Assembly: GCF_004010195.1 (NCBI RefSeq)
Contig: NC_057750.1
Span: forward strand, 9,381,938 to 9,430,383
From: Chiloscyllium plagiosum
Lineage: Eukaryota
Direction: 5' to 3'
Length of the DNA stretch: 48,446 bases
The notes under the pieces were generated by a model that saw only the letters and a program-made list of their open reading frames with translations, had not been told where the DNA came from and did not search any database. Both the position numbers and the translations under genes were made by a program. The first letter of the stretch is position 1; each line of letters begins with the position of its first letter. Below are positions 1-12,741 of this stretch, piece after piece.

Positions 1-215
1 GGGAAGAGGGGTCTAGGTCAGTTGGGAATGAACGGGAAAGGGGGGTCTAGGTCAGTTGGGAGCGAACGGGAAGAGGGGTCTAGGTCAGTTGGGAATGAAC
101 GGGAAGGGGGGTCGAGGTCAGTTGGGAGTGAACGCGAAGGGGGGTCTAGGTCAGTTGGGAGTGAATAGGAAGGGGGGTCTTGGTCAGTTGGGAGCGAAGG
201 GGAAGGGGGTCTGGT
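1..215. repeat. ~33-bp G-rich minisatellite (GGGAAGAGGGGTCTAGGTCAGTTGGGAATGAAC-like), ~7 copies, truncated by the window edge
   Basis: The GTC(T/G)(A/T)GG..AGTTGGG core recurs at about 11, 45, 78, 111, 144 and 177, with a degenerate copy at ~209; this explains ORF 56-253 (GANGKRGLGQL repeats). Confidence 0.9.
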
Positions 216-1299
216 TCTGTTGGAATTCTGCTTTGGCGATAGTTACCCGGTAATTGGGACTGGAGGGTAGAGGGACCACAATTCCACACACTGACACCCA
301 GCTGCAGGTCAGAGGCTGAGTACCTGGGTCCGAACAATCTAGTTTCACATTTCCCAAAATGTTGTTTTTTTTTAAAAACCAGAAACTGCCAGCAGTTTCT
401 CAGTGCTACCCTAGTCCCTGGTCCTGTTCTGGGACTGGAGTTACTGAGGCTGCCGCGGGGATAGCTGAGGAGCAGGGATAGATCATTCCAAGGCAAGGGA
501 AGAAGCAAGCTGAGTCTTTACATCAACCTGATTCACCCTGAGCCTGAAAACAATCATCTCTTCACAGTTTGTCTCTTTTAATCTGCATTTCTCCCCCTTG
601 CGTACTGTTCCTCATCTACTGTCGCCGCCCCCCCCGCTCTCCACTGCGTTGAAACAGGGATTAATTGCGTTGTTCTGTACTGCCCCACATTTGAGGGGTG
701 GTTTTGAACCTAACCTGGAATACATTCTCTCCCCACCCCTCCCCGCCCCACCCCCTCCCCTGTGCTGGGTTGTTAGACCTCGACGTGAATAGTTGCTAAA
801 ATCAAAGCTGAGACCACTGGGTTCTGTTGCAAAGGCAGACGGGATAGCACTGATCTGCCATGGGGGGGGGGGGGGGGGTCATTGAAAGTCAGAACGCGCT
901 CAAAGGGCCGAATGGCCTCTTCCTGTTCCTACCTAACCGCTGCCCACTTCACACCTGTTTGGATTTTTTCCACCATCGAGCTGAAGCCAAATGGAAAGCC
1001 GAAAGTAGGGTACAGAACTAAATGAACAATCAGATTCCAAGGCTGCTTGCAATTCAGTGACATTGTGTAAGCAAGAGAGGTCACACAATCTCTAAAATGT
1101 AGGGCGTACATTGCTATATTTTCAACAGGAACAGGGCAGCCCATACTTCACCAGAATGTATTTACAAACCCCCCCTCCCCACTGCCCAAGAACAAATTCT
1201 CTCCTGTTAGCTGTGATCCTGCAATTAAGAAGCACTTGCTGAACAATTATGAGTGAGCTAGCAGCAACACTAACAATTAGCTTCAGAGAAATACGTCCT

Positions 1300-2220
1300 A
1301 GCTCCCTGAATCGCAGGTAGATAGGATCGTGAAGAAGGCGTTTGGTATTAAGTTAGATTACTTGCAGTGTGGAAACAGGCCCTTCGGCCCAACAGGTCCA
1401 CACCGACCTGCCGAAGCGCAACCCACCCATACCCCGACACTTAACACTACGGGCAATTTAGCATGGCCAAGTCACCTGACCTGCACATCTTTGGACTGTG
1501 GGAAGAAACCGGAGCACCCGGAGGAAACCCACGCAGACACGGGGAGAACGTGCAAACTCCACGCAGTCAGTCGCCTGAGATGGGAATTGAACCCGGGTCG
1601 CTGGCGCTGTGAGGCAGCAGTGCTGACCACTGTGCCACCTGCTGCCCACAAATGCTTTCCTTTATTGGTCAGAGTATTGAGTACAGGAGTTGGGAGGTCA
1701 TGTTGCGGCTATACGGGACATTGGTTAGGCCACTGTTGGAATATTGCGTGCAATTCTGGTCTCCTTCCTGTCAGAAAGATGTGAAACTTGAAAGGGTTCA
1801 GAGAAGATTTACAAGAATGTTGCCAGGATTGGAGGATTTAACCTACAGGGAGAGGTTGGGGCTGTTTTCCCTGGAGCGTCGGAGGCTGAGGGGTGATCTT
1901 ATAGAGGTTTATAAAATCATAAGGAGCCTTGTTTAGGATAAATAGACACAGTCTTTTCCCTGGGGTGGGGGAGTCCAGAACTAGAGGACATAGGCTTAGG
2001 GTGAGAGGGGCAAAGTATAAAAGGGACATAAGGGGTAACTTATTTACACAGAGGGTGGTACGTGTATGGAATGAGCTGCCAGAGGAAGTGGTGGAGGCTG
2101 GTACAATTACAACATTTAAAAGGCATTTGGATGGGTATATGAATAGGAAGGGTTTGGAGGGATATGGGCCGGGTGCTGGCAGGTGGGACTAGATTGGGTT
2201 GGGATATCTGGTTGGTATGC
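1300..2220 (+). mobile_element. CR1-clade (HER1-like) LINE 3' fragment, interrupted by a SINE
   Basis: ORF pieces LYGTLVRPLLEYCVQFWSP, LERRRLRGDLIEVYKI and FTQRVVRVWNELPEEVV are CR1 ORF2 C-terminal motifs; the frame is broken. Confidence 0.9.
1349..1648 (-). mobile_element. HE1-like tRNA-derived V-SINE inserted in the LINE
   Basis: Minus strand reads GGTGGCACAGTGGTCAGCACTGCTGCCTCACAGCGCCAG (A box), then GGTTCAATTCC (B box), a V-domain and an AATCT tail. It splits the LINE at GGTA|TGCTTTCC, which is intact in the copy near 14680. Confidence 0.88.
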
Positions 2221-3117
2221 CCTTTTTCTTTCTCTAGTAGAACACCCCAAAGTGTTCCACAGAACTGATCAGACCATGAGCCATTCAATGAGATGTCCAG
2301 GCAGCTCATCAAAGCCGTGGAGCAGCGTCTGAAAGGAGGAAGAGAGGGGCTGTTTCCCCAAAGGTCAGGGTCTGGTTCCCAACGCTGAGCTAATGGTAAC
2401 CAAGGGAGAGCAGAATTCTCGAACTGTACGGCGCAGGAACAGGCCCTTCAGCCCAACTCGTCCCTGCCAACCAGATTTACCAAACTAGACTCGCCCCATT
2501 TGCCTGCGTATAGTTCTCTAAATCTGTCCAAATGTCTCTTAAATATCATAATTACACCCACCTCTACCATGTTGGCAGCTCATTCCCTACACTGCGTGAA
2601 AAAGTTGCACCTTCTGTCCCTTTTAAATCTTCCCGTGTTTTCCCTAATCGAATGCCACTCCACCCCCCCACCCCACAATCCTCTCTTGCCTCCCTTTTGT
2701 ACCCCTCCTGTTGTAGCTATACTCGAGAACATTGCGTTGCCAGTCCTGTCCCTCCCTCAGCCCAGCCCTACGTTCCCATCCACGCCCTGAGTTCATCTGC
2801 TTTACCTGACAGGCCTCTTGCATTGAAATAAATGCAGTTTATTCGTCAGTCCTCACTCTCTACTATGCTCCTAGCTGCCTTGTCTCTATTTTTTAAAATA
2901 TATTTTTATTGAAAAAATAGATTTTTAAATATTACAACAAATTCAAAACAGTACAGAAAAAGAGCAAAAATAACCCAATCTACACTCATATGTAAAACTA
3001 TATAAGAAAAAATCAACAAAATACATAATAACTAATAACTAACAACAAACTAGTAAATAATAATATGGCTCACGAAGCAAAATGCTAGCAATCAACCAGC
3101 GAGAGCCTTAATTTACA

Positions 3118-3650
3118 TATGGATGTAGGTTTGCTCGCTGAGCTGGAAGGTTCATTTTCAGAGGTTTTGTCATCCTACAAGGTAACATCTGCAGTGGGCC
3201 TCAGATGTTACCTAGTAGGGTGACGAAATGACTGGAAATGAGCCCTCCAGCTCAGGCCTGAGGCCCACTGAAGATGTTACCTAGTAGGGTGACGAAATGA
3301 CTGGAAATGAGCCCTCCAGCTCAGGCCTGAGGCCCACTGAAGATGTTACCTAGTAGGGTGACGAAATGACTGGAAATGAGCCCTCCAGCTCAGGCCTGAG
3401 GCCCACTGAAGATGTTACCTAGTAGAGTGACGAAACAACTGGAAATGAGCCCTCCAGCTCAGGCCTGAGGCCCACTGAAGATGTTACCTAGTAGAGTGAC
3501 GAAACAACTGGAAATGAGCCTTCCAGCTCAGGCCTGAGGCCCACTGAAGATGTTACCTAGTAGGGTGACGAAACAACTGGAAATGAGCCTTCCAGCTCAG
3601 CGAGCAAACCTACATCCAGAACCTCAAACTGAGCTACAAATCTTCTCTGC
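3118..3650. mobile_element. Penelope-like terminal-repeat remnant: one inverted copy plus six tandem 69-bp units
   Basis: 3120-3200 is the reverse complement of the repeated unit and tail (GGATGTAGGTTTGCTCGCTGAGCTGG versus CCAGCTCAGCGAGCAAACCTACATCC). AGATGTTACC recurs at 3203, 3272, 3341, 3410, 3479 and 3548. The termini match the GIY-YIG element at 21760-22600. Confidence 0.85.
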
Positions 3651-3801
3651 TACTCTGTGTATTAGATTTATAAAACGCAATCCTTATGGCTATATAAATT
3701 ATTAGTGTGGCTGACAAATCTGTGTCCAGATAGGGCCACCGCGTCTTACAGAAATTCTCAGTTTTATGGTGCACCACAAAGCCCAAAGGGATATGCTCCA
3801 T

Positions 3802-4047
3802 AACAGTGTGGAAACAGGCCATCCGAAGAGTAACCCACTTCCCTCTGACCAATGCACCTAGCACTATGGGTAACTTAGCATGGCCAATCCACTTGAACTG
3901 CACATCTTTGGACTGTGGGAGGAAACCAACGTAGACATTGGGAGAATGTGCAAACTCCACACAGGCAGTCACCCGAGGCTGGAATCGAACCTGGGTCCCT
4001 GGCGCTGTGAGGCAGGAATGCTAACCACTGAGCCACCGTGCTGCCCA
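3802..4047 (-). mobile_element. HE1-like SINE
   Basis: Minus strand reads GGGCAGCACGGTGGCTCAGTGGTTAGCA...GGTTCGATTCCAGCC, followed by the typical body. Confidence 0.85.
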
Positions 4048-4274
4048 TCTTATGCCTTGGCTCTTTAACTTGATCTGTTTAATTTCCGAGCCACCCTCCA
4101 CGTTCTCTCTCTCTTCCCTTCACTACTGGTTTAAAGCCTCCCAGGCTGCATGAACCAATCTCCCCACCAGGATGCTGGTTCCCCTCCAGTTCAGGTCTGG
4201 AGGTTCTGGGCGCATTGCAAGTCAGCAGCAGTCCAATTTATCCATGTTGACCGTTAACAATCTTCACTGAAAAC

Positions 4275-4530
4275 ATTTCATCCTCCCAGCCAGATAGTTA
4301 ACCACTCCTTTGTCTGTCCAACTGCTCTCTCTCTCTTTGGGCTCCAACATCTACCCTTTTCCCCCCCACCGCGCCCCCATCCTATCTTCGGCACAGAGAC
4401 TGCCATTTTCCTCGCTACCATCAATTCTGAGGAAGGGTCACCGGAACTGAAATGTTCACTCTTGATTTCTCTCTGCGGATGCTGCCAGACCCGCAGAGCT
4501 TTTCCAGCACCTTCTGTTTCTGCTTCCGAC
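4275..4530 (+). mobile_element. Penelope-like 3' terminal fragment
   Basis: CTGAGGAAGGGTCACCGGAACTGAAATGTT...GATGCTGCCAGACC...TTTTCCAGCA resembles the terminus at 44866-44990. Confidence 0.65.
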
Positions 4531-5457
4531 GTAGCCTGTTCCATTTTCCAAATGAAAAGCATTGCAGAGCAGTGCTGAGCTGTCATAGAGTGATACAGCA
4601 TGGAAATAGACCCTAGGGTCTGCAACTTTGCTGCACTCAGAGCTACACCCCCCCGATAACATTTTCAGACGTGTACAGTGTTCAGACCAGTTGCTTGATC
4701 CAAGGGTATAAATATTTTATTAATGGCGGCGTTTCACTGTAACCACTAACCATATTTTAAAAATTGATTTAAAAATTGATTATTACCATCTTCCATGTGA
4801 TGTGAAAAAGGCTCAAAGTGAGACTTGAGGGAAAGCATAAAGCGTTTTAAATGATTGAGTTATTAACTGCGGTTCTTGGCTGTGGTTACAAACTATTGGC
4901 CACCACGGAGTATGTTATGATCCAGAAAGTCTTCGATGTGATGTGTTTGCACTCTTTGCTGGGGAAGAGTCCATCTTATGCACTTGTTTCTGGTAATCTT
5001 AACTTCTAACTTCATCTTAGCTTTTACGATGACCTTGCATCCGCTGTGGTCAAGTTCATTGGCTCAGGGTGAGGCTTAAGAATGACGTCTTGCCTCCAAG
5101 AGGTAAATAGTAAGCAGCAAACGCACACACCCATTATGCTGGTCTTCCCTGGGATCTTGGAAGTTATAAGAGATTCTCATGGTGTTCTCATGGTGAGAAC
5201 ACCATGAGAATCAGCCCATTGTGTCCACAATCCCGTTTTCCGGTTCCTAGCCCTGGAGGCAACAACAAAGCCAGAGAATATGTAAACACTGTTATGAGAG
5301 AGTCTGGTGTAAGCAACCTTTCTCAGGCTGTGACTTCCAGCTTCATATTCGAAACAGAAATAGTGGGAGAAACTCGGCAGGTCTGGCCGTATTTGCAGAG
5401 AGAAAGCAGAATGAACATTTCGAGTCCAGTGATGCTGAAGTGTTAACTCTGTTTTTC

Positions 5458-5496
<39 letters not shown>

Positions 5497-5932
5497 CTGT
5501 CTCTATCTGGCTCTCTCTCTTTTTGTGTGTGTGTGTGTCTCACACTCTCCAGAGAGTGGTGAATCTATGGAATTCACTGCCACAGAAGGCTGTGAAGGCC
5601 AGGTCATTGAGTATATTTAAGATGGCCAAGAAAAGGTTTTGTTTTCAAAGGGGGTCAAGGGTTACAGGGAGAAAGTGAATGGAGCAGCAGACTCGACGGG
5701 CCAAATGGTCTAATTCCTGTTCCTACGTCTTACCGGTAGGGTAGATAAACCCAAAACTGCTTCAAAATAAACTGCCAAAGAACTGCAGATGTTGGAAATC
5801 AGAAACCAAAACAGAAATTGCTGGAAAAACTCAGCAGATCTGCCAGCGCTTGTGAAGAGAAAGTAGAGTTAACGTTTCAGAATGAACGTCCCCAGAAACC
5901 GTTCTTCCCCGAATGGACAACAGACATTTGGA

Positions 5933-6135
5933 GATAGTGAGGCTTGCAGATGCTGGAGGTCAGAGTTGAGAGTGTGGTGCTGGAAAAGCACAGCAGGTCA
6001 GGCAGCATCCGAGGAGCAGGAGGGTCGATGTTTCAGGCCGGAGCCCTTCCTGATGAAGGGTTTATGCCCAAAACATTGATTCTCCTGCTCCTCGGATACT
6101 GCCTGACCTGCTGTGCTTTTCCAGCAACACACTCG
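5933..6135. mobile_element. Short palindromic PLE-derived element with 15-bp flanking duplication
   Basis: Inverted arms GCTGGAAAAGCACAGCAGGTCAGGCAG and CTGCCTGACCTGCTGTGCTTTTCCAGC; CAACAGACATTTGGA occurs at 5918 and 6136. Confidence 0.8.
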
Positions 6136-6623
6136 CAACAGACATTTGGAACTGTCATTGCAAACAGTCATTGACGCTCTGCCAGTGGTCAATCTCTGAA
6201 TTAAACTGGCTAACAAAACTCCAGCAGGGATTTGAGGCGGAGAAGGGTATATAAAAGTCGAACTAGAACAGCAATGATCTCCTTGAATAGTGGCAAAATA
6301 GATTCTCCTGATCCTCTCGACTACCAGCTCTCTCCCAACCTCCTGTTCACGTTTAAGGTCTGGTTGGGTCGTTGTTCAGTCAGACGGAGATTGAACATTG
6401 CTACAAAAAGACTTAAGTTTTCAAATCCTCTTGGTTTGCAGTAATCAGGGTATTTTTGCAAGAACAGCAACTTCAGGGGAAAACCACTTTTATATAGCAT
6501 TCATTCATGGGACCAAAGTGTCACTGGCTGAGCCTGCACTTAGTTACCCCTTGAGACAGTGGAAATGAGCTGCCTTCTTAAATCACCATGCCCTTGGGGA
6601 GGGAATTCCAGGTCAAACCTCAT

Positions 6624-6759
6624 TTCCCGATGAAGGGCTCTGGCCCGAAACATCGACTCTCCTGCTCCTCGGATGCTGCCTGACCTGCTGTGCTTTGTGC
6701 TTTTCCAGCACTGCACTCTCGACTCTGATCTCCAGCATCTGCAGTCCTCACTTTCTCCA
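6624..6759 (+). mobile_element. Single-arm PLE-derived terminal repeat
   Basis: CCGATGAAGGGCTCTGGCCCGAAACATCG...CTGCAGTCCTCACTTTCTCC; same family as 5933-6135. Confidence 0.75.
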
Positions 6760-7404
6760 AACCTAATTGGTTGTCCACTTGCCAACCAATCAGTACTCTC
6801 CTTCATGCAGCGCAAATATTGGTGTTGCATTGGTATTCTTGCAGAGTGTCCTGACGAGTGCAAGCCGAAACTTCTCCGCCAAAAGCTCACTTGTTACAGG
6901 AATAGATGAGTCTGGTGTGGTCAGAAGGTAGAAGTCATCATCTTTTTGAGTCACACCGTCCTATCTCGAAGATAGTCTCCATCAACGTGAATGGCCTTCA
7001 GGTCAAGGCAGAGGTACAACCTGTTTGAGGCGTCCCCTCTCCCAACCGGATTTCACATTCTGCGTCCTGTTGGGTCACACATCGTCCACTCCAGAGGTGT
7101 GGCCTGGCCTACACCAAACCCTCTGTGGCATCAGTCGCGCTGGTCAGTCAGATGATCCAGGGTTCAAGACCCACCAGAGGGCATTGTAGTTGGAAGACTC
7201 GAGGGAGGGTGCTGTCAGTTTTTCAAGCACTCCGGCTTGACCTGCATACAGTATCTCAGATCCCAGATTAATCTTTAGTTAATCATAGGGGAGGCATTTG
7301 GAATGGGGTATGAAATACCACTTTTGTTCACTATTTAGCAAGAGGTTAGAAATGTGGCAGAGGAAAATATCTAGTCCAGAAAGGAGCCTGGTGTTTTTTC
7401 TTTA

Positions 7405-7835
7405 AAACAATATTCATGACATATTGGTGTCGCCGGCTGGGCCCAGCATTTATTGCCCGTCCCCTAATTACCCCCTTGATAAGGTGGGGGTGAGCTGCCA
7501 TCTTGACCCGCTGCAGTCTGTGTGCTGTGGGTTGACCCACAATGCCCTTAGGGAGGGATTTCCAGGATTTTGACCCAGTGACACTGAAGGAACAGCGATG
7601 TATTTCCATATCAGGATAGGGAGTGGTTTGCAGGGGGCAGTGTTCCCATGTTTCTGCTGCCCTTGCCCTTCTAGGGGGCAGAGATTGTGGGTTTGGAAGC
7701 TGCAGTTGAAGGATCTGAAAATTGCTGCAGTGCATCTTGTAGATGGTACACACTGCTGCTACTGAGCGTCGGTGGGAGAGGGAGGGGATGCTTGTGGAAG
7801 TATGCCAATCCAACAGGGTGCTTTATCCTGGATTA
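7405..7835 (-). mobile_element. CR1-like LINE 3' fragment (second family)
   Basis: Minus-strand ORF SLSHRRSVAAVCTIYKMHCSN...FSVTGSKSWKSLP; homologous to 9325-9780 and 17905-18395. Confidence 0.75.
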
Positions 7836-7912
7836 TATTGAACATAGCACCTAGAACAGTACAGCATAGTACAGATCCTTCGGCCCTCAATGTTATACCG
7901 ACCTTTTATCCT

Positions 7913-8066
7913 GCGAGTGGTTAGCACTGCTGCCTCACAGCGCCAGAGACCCAGGTTCAATTCCCACCTCAAGCAACTGTCTGTGTGGAGTTTGCACATT
8001 CTCCCCGTATCTGCTTGGGTTTCCTCCGGGTGCTCCGGTTTCCTCCCACAGTCCAAAAATGTGCAT
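7913..8066 (+). mobile_element. HE1-like SINE, 5' portion
   Basis: AGTGGTTAGCACTGCTGCCTCACAGCGCCAGAGACCCAGGTTCAATTCC, followed by the V-domain. Confidence 0.8.
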
Positions 8067-8146
8067 CTGAAGGAGGAAATTGGAACCCAAGGTCCAAAGG
8101 TGGCCCAAAACAGCGGCCAGGAATCAAAAGCGAGTGCTTTCAAATA

Positions 8147-8403
8147 CAGGGCAACCTCGATTATCCGAACATCAATTATCCGGATTTCGAATTATCTGAA
8201 CAAGATCTCAAGGTCCCGTTAAAAACGGCATTAGGCAACTCAGCATTTGGTTATCAGTTAAATGGCATTCTGGCGTGCATTGCCGGATAACCGAGGCATG
8301 TTCGGATAACCGGCACTCCTAAATTACCGCTTGTTTACCATCTGGTCAGCTATCCGAACAAAATGCTCCTGCCCATCTCATTCAGATAATCGAGGCCGTT
8401 CTG
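8147..8403. mobile_element. Tc1/mariner-pogo (Tigger-like) MITE
   Basis: Imperfect TIRs TA|CAGGGCAACCTCGATTATCCGAA ... TTCAGATAATCGAGGCCGTTCTG|TA, with TA flanks and internal TTATCCGAA repeats. Confidence 0.75.
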
Positions 8404-8523
8404 TAATTTTCTCTTTCTATAAATCGACTGGTGTCTGTCTGTGTGTGTGTCTCGGTGTGTGTATGTGTGTGAGTGAGAGCTGTGCAGGAAATGCGTTGAA
8501 TGGAGCCAGGGCTTTGTCAGGAG

Positions 8524-9113
8524 ATTAGATTCCCTATAGTGTGGAAACAGGCCCTTCGGCCCAACCAGTCCACACCGAACCTCCGAAGAGTAAGCCACCC
8601 AGACCCATTTCCCTAATGCACCTAACACTCTGGGCAATTTAGCATGGCCAATTCACCAAACCTGCACATTTTTGGACTGTGGGAGGAAACCGGAGCACCC
8701 GGAGGAAACCCACGCAGACACAGGGAGAACGTGCAAACTCTACATAGACAGTCGCCCGAGGCTGGAATCGAACCTGGGACCCTGGTGCTGGGAGGCAGCA
8801 GCGCTAACCACTGAGCCACCCTAAAAACACCACTTGAGATGGATTACATTAGATTACTTACAGTGTGGAAACAGGCCCCTCATCGACCCTCCAAAGAGCA
8901 ACCCACCCCCTGATATTTACCCCTTCACCTAACACAATTGGCAATTTAGCACGGCCAATTCACCCAACCAGCACATCTTTGGACTGTGGGAGGAAGCCCA
9001 CATAGACACAGGGAGAATGTGCAAACTCCACACAGATGGTTGCCTGAGGCGGGAATTGAACCCAGGTCTCTGGTGCTGTGAGGTAGCAGTGCTAACCACT
9101 GAGCCACCATGCC
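8524..9113 (-). mobile_element. Two tandem HE1-like SINEs (8524-8822 and 8844-9113)
   Basis: Each has a GGTGGCTCAGTGGTTAGC head and an AATCT-type tail on the minus strand. Confidence 0.88.
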
Positions 9114-9324
9114 GCTAATGTAGCATAACGCGTCATGTTGATGTGTAAACAAAATGGCCTGTGTCATTAGAAAGCTCATGTCTACCAGAGGGACTGGGAG
9201 ATTCCGAAACTTTGTGTAAAGCTGAGTCCTGTGCGTAGTTGGAAGGTCATGGCTGAAGAAGTTAATTTTCACCAATAACGAGGTCCTTTGCAGACTTATC
9301 AATCCCGATGCTGGACTGTATTTT

Positions 9325-10410
9325 GTTCACTTGTGGAATTTGGGGGTCGCTAACTGTGCCCAGCATTTATCTCCCATCCCTAGTTGCCCCTTGAGAAGGT
9401 GGGGGTGAGCTGCCTTCTTGAACCGCTGCAGGCCTCCTGCTGTGGGTTGACCCACGATGCCCTGAAGGGAGGGAATTCCAGGATTTTGACCCAGCGACGG
9501 TGAAGGAACGGCGATTTATTTCCAAGTCAGGGTGGTGAGTGGAGGGGAACTTGCAGGGGGTGGTGTTCCCATGTATCTGCTGCCCCTTGTCCTTCTAGAT
9601 GGAAGTGGTTGTTGGTTCGGAAGGTGCTGTCTGAGGATCTTTGGGAAATTTCTGTAGTGCTGAGCGTTGGTGGTGGGGGGAACTGGATGCTTGTCGATGT
9701 GAGGCCAATCAAGCGGGGGCTGCTTTGTCCTGGATGGTGTCGAGCTTCTTGAGTGTTGTTGGAGCTGCCCCCATCCAGGGCAAGTATTCCATCACACTCC
9801 TACTTGTGTCTTGTCGATGTTGGGATAGTCTTTGGGGAGTCAGGGGGTAAGTTGCTCGCCACTTAACCTCTGACCTGCTATTGTAGCCCTTGTGTTTATG
9901 TGGCTAGTCCAGTTGGGTTCCTGGTCAATGGTAACCTCCAGGATATTGATAATGAGGAATTCAGTGTTGGTAACACCATTGAATGTCAAGAAGGCGATGG
10001 TTAGAGTCTCTCTCTCTCTCTTGTTGGAGAAGTAACCCTCAGGATGTTGCTAGTGGGGGTTTCAGTGATGGTAACACCATTGAATGTCATGGGGTCACTG
10101 GTTAGATTTTCTCTTATTGGTGATGGCCAATGCCTGGCCTATGTGAAGTATGAATACTTGCCACTTGTCAGCCCAAGCCTGGACATTGCCCAGATCTTAT
10201 TGCGTTTGAACATGGACTGCTGCAGTATCTGAGGAGTCGTGAATGGTGCTGAACATTGTGCTATTATCAGCCAACATCCCCACTTCTGACCTTATGATGG
10301 AGGGAAGGCCATTGATGAAGCAGCTGAAGATGGTTGGACCAAGGACACTACCCTGAGGGACTCCTGGAGATGTCCTGGAGCTGAGATGACTGACCTTCAG
10401 CAACCACATG
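9325..10410 (-). mobile_element. CR1-like LINE fragment with degenerate reverse transcriptase core
   Basis: Minus-strand GVPQGSVLGPTIFSCFINGLP...MLADNS matches non-LTR RT motifs (QG box and a degenerate FADD). Confidence 0.88.
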
Positions 10411-10653
10411 GTCCTAAATGACAATGGCAGACAATGATAAGTCAGGCTGCAGATATTGGGCAATCCCATAATTCTGCACTCTTCCTTGCCGAGGAACGTC
10501 AGATCAGCCGTGACCCTATTAACTGGCAGAGTAGGCTAGAGGGGCTGAATGGACTTACTCCTATTCCTATTTCTTACAGATATATAGATGGGAGGCATCC
10601 CCGAGACTGACCCAGCTTCTCATACTGGGTCAGAATCCTGGAACTAGGAATCC

Positions 10654-10820
10654 TGCAGATGCTGGAGATCAGAGTCGGGAATGTGGCGCTGGAAAAGCAC
10701 AGCAAGTCAGGCAGCATCCGAAGAGCAGGAGAATCGACATTTTGGAAGGGCTCATCGACTCTCCTGCTCCTCGGATGCTGCCTGACCTGCTGTGCTTTTC
10801 CAGCGCCACACTCTCGACAC
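10654..10820. mobile_element. Short palindromic PLE-derived element
   Basis: Inverted arms TGTGGCGCTGGAAAAGCACAGCA and TGCTGTGCTTTTCCAGCGCCACA. Confidence 0.8.
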
Positions 10821-11492
10821 GGAATCTGGGTCCACCTACAGCAGCGGTTCAAGAAGGCAGCTCAGCCCCACATTCTCAAGGGGTAATTAGGGGCGGGCAG
10901 TTAATGCTGGCCACACAAGATCTCGCTTTAAAAAGACCGAGCTTGTACGCTTGCCTTTCCACACACTTTTGTCACCTTTGTACTAAATTGTGAGCAGGTA
11001 TTTCATGCCCCCTCCTTCTTCAATTTCCCCCATCTCAGATTAACTGCTGATTAATCTGGGATCTCCCCGCTCTGAGAGGCACGAAGCGATTATGTTTAAT
11101 ACCAGTTGCCTAAGTCAGTAATGCTTGGAACACATTGGCAGGTGTCCCAAGGTAGCCGTTCGGTCAAATGGAGGAAATCTCCCCTCAATGCAGGACAGAT
11201 TTTTAATTTTGTAGAGACAGGTTCGAAGGAGGCAGAAGGGCTGACCGTTGGGAGAAGTCCTCGGTTCCATTGTCGGAATCTGACATGATCACAGATTGTG
11301 TTGCTGAGTTTGGGAGAGACCCCGGGGAGGGGTGGGGGATTAGCTGAACACTGCTGTCTGAGCTAACAGAGTGGACACAGCTGGCAGCCTCCTTGCTGGC
11401 AGAGGGTGGAGGGCTCCCACCTGTTCCTTGTTCGGAGGGAATTGCCTTTCTGTAGCGTCCCACCTCATCCCCCTGTCCCTTTTATGATACTT

Positions 11493-11865
11493 AGAGTCAT
11501 AGTCACAGAGATGTACAGCATGGAAACAGACCCTTCGGTCCAACCTGTCCATGCCGACCAGATCTCCCAACCCAATCTAGTCCCACCTGCCAGCACCCGG
11601 CCCATATCCCTCCAAACCCCTCCTGTTCATACACCCATCCAAATGCCTCTTAAATGTTGCAATTGTACCAGCCTCCACCACATCCTCTGGCATCTCATTT
11701 CATACATGTACCACCCTCTGTGTGAAAAAGTTGCCCCTTAGGTCTCTTTTACAACATCCTTGTAACTCTTTTCTGAACCCTTTCAAGTTTCACAATATCT
11801 TTCCGATAGGAAGGAGACCAGAATTGCACGCGATATTCCAACAGTGGCCTAACCAATGTCCTGGA
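11493..11865 (-). mobile_element. HER1/CR1 LINE 3' fragment with internal deletion
   Basis: Reverse complement of the 1720-2220 type sequence; minus strand encodes RTLVRPLLEYRVQFWSP. Confidence 0.85.
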
Positions 11866-12289
11866 TAGCCTTGTCCGAATTTGCTTCTCTTGCCACCTGT
11901 TCGACCACCTGACTGATCGTGAAGACCCTCCGGGTTGTTTCCGTGCCTCAAAAGGCACTACATCAATGCAGCTGGGGGTGTGAGGGATGCTAGTTGGAGG
12001 GATGTGACCGGGTTCTATTCAATGCATGTTCTGTGTTCCTGTAATGAGTGACGGGTTGTTCCATTTTGTAGGGAAGCCATTTTGGGCATGGCATAGATTT
12101 CACAAACATTTTGGTGCCTCAACTTGGCTCCTGGTCTACAGCGCAAGATAAAGGCTGTTTGGCCCATTGACCCTGTGCTGGCCAAAGCCAACCACCTCGC
12201 TATTTGAATCTCCACAGGGACCAAAGGGTTTTTGTTGATCCTCACAGATGGAGTACACTGATCTCCTACTCCCATGGGTTTGAGTGGGG

Positions 12290-12640
12290 CCCAGTGTGCT
12301 GCTCTCCCGAGTCACTAAGCCACAAAGTGCTGGGTTCAAATCCCACTCCAGGGCCTGAACACACACCCAGAGCTGACCCTGCAGTGCAGTACTGAGCTGG
12401 GCTCCTCCCTGCAGTTGGAGAAGACCCCGCACCCCTCTCTATTTAATAGGCGGGTGGGGAGAGGATGTTCCCTTGGTGTCCTGGGCAAAATTTAACCCCT
12501 TCATCACCATCCTAGAAACCATTCACTGGTTGTTATCACATTTTGTGGATCTTGCTGTGTACATGTCGCTGTCCAATTTCCTACATTGGGGAAAAAAAAC
12601 CCATTGGCAGTAGCTGGATGTGAAATGAGTGATTATAAAT
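12290..12640 (+). mobile_element. Old tRNA-derived SINE, probably DeuSINE (SacSINE1-like)
   Basis: B box GGTTCAAATCCCACTCCAG, then GCTGAC...CAGTGCAGTACTGAG and GGTGTCCTGGGCAAAATT; resembles recalled DeuSINE consensus. Confidence 0.55.
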
Positions 12641-12741
12641 ATCAAACTTCAGGTTTACACCATTTGGGCAGTCTAGAATATTATTTCTAGAACACCATTT
12701 CTTCTGAAGGTTCTCATTGGAAACATTCCCATGTTGTGACA

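Noticed and set aside
56..253. Gly-rich repeat peptide ORF
   Set aside because: Translation of the 33-bp minisatellite, with indels between units and no supporting gene structure.
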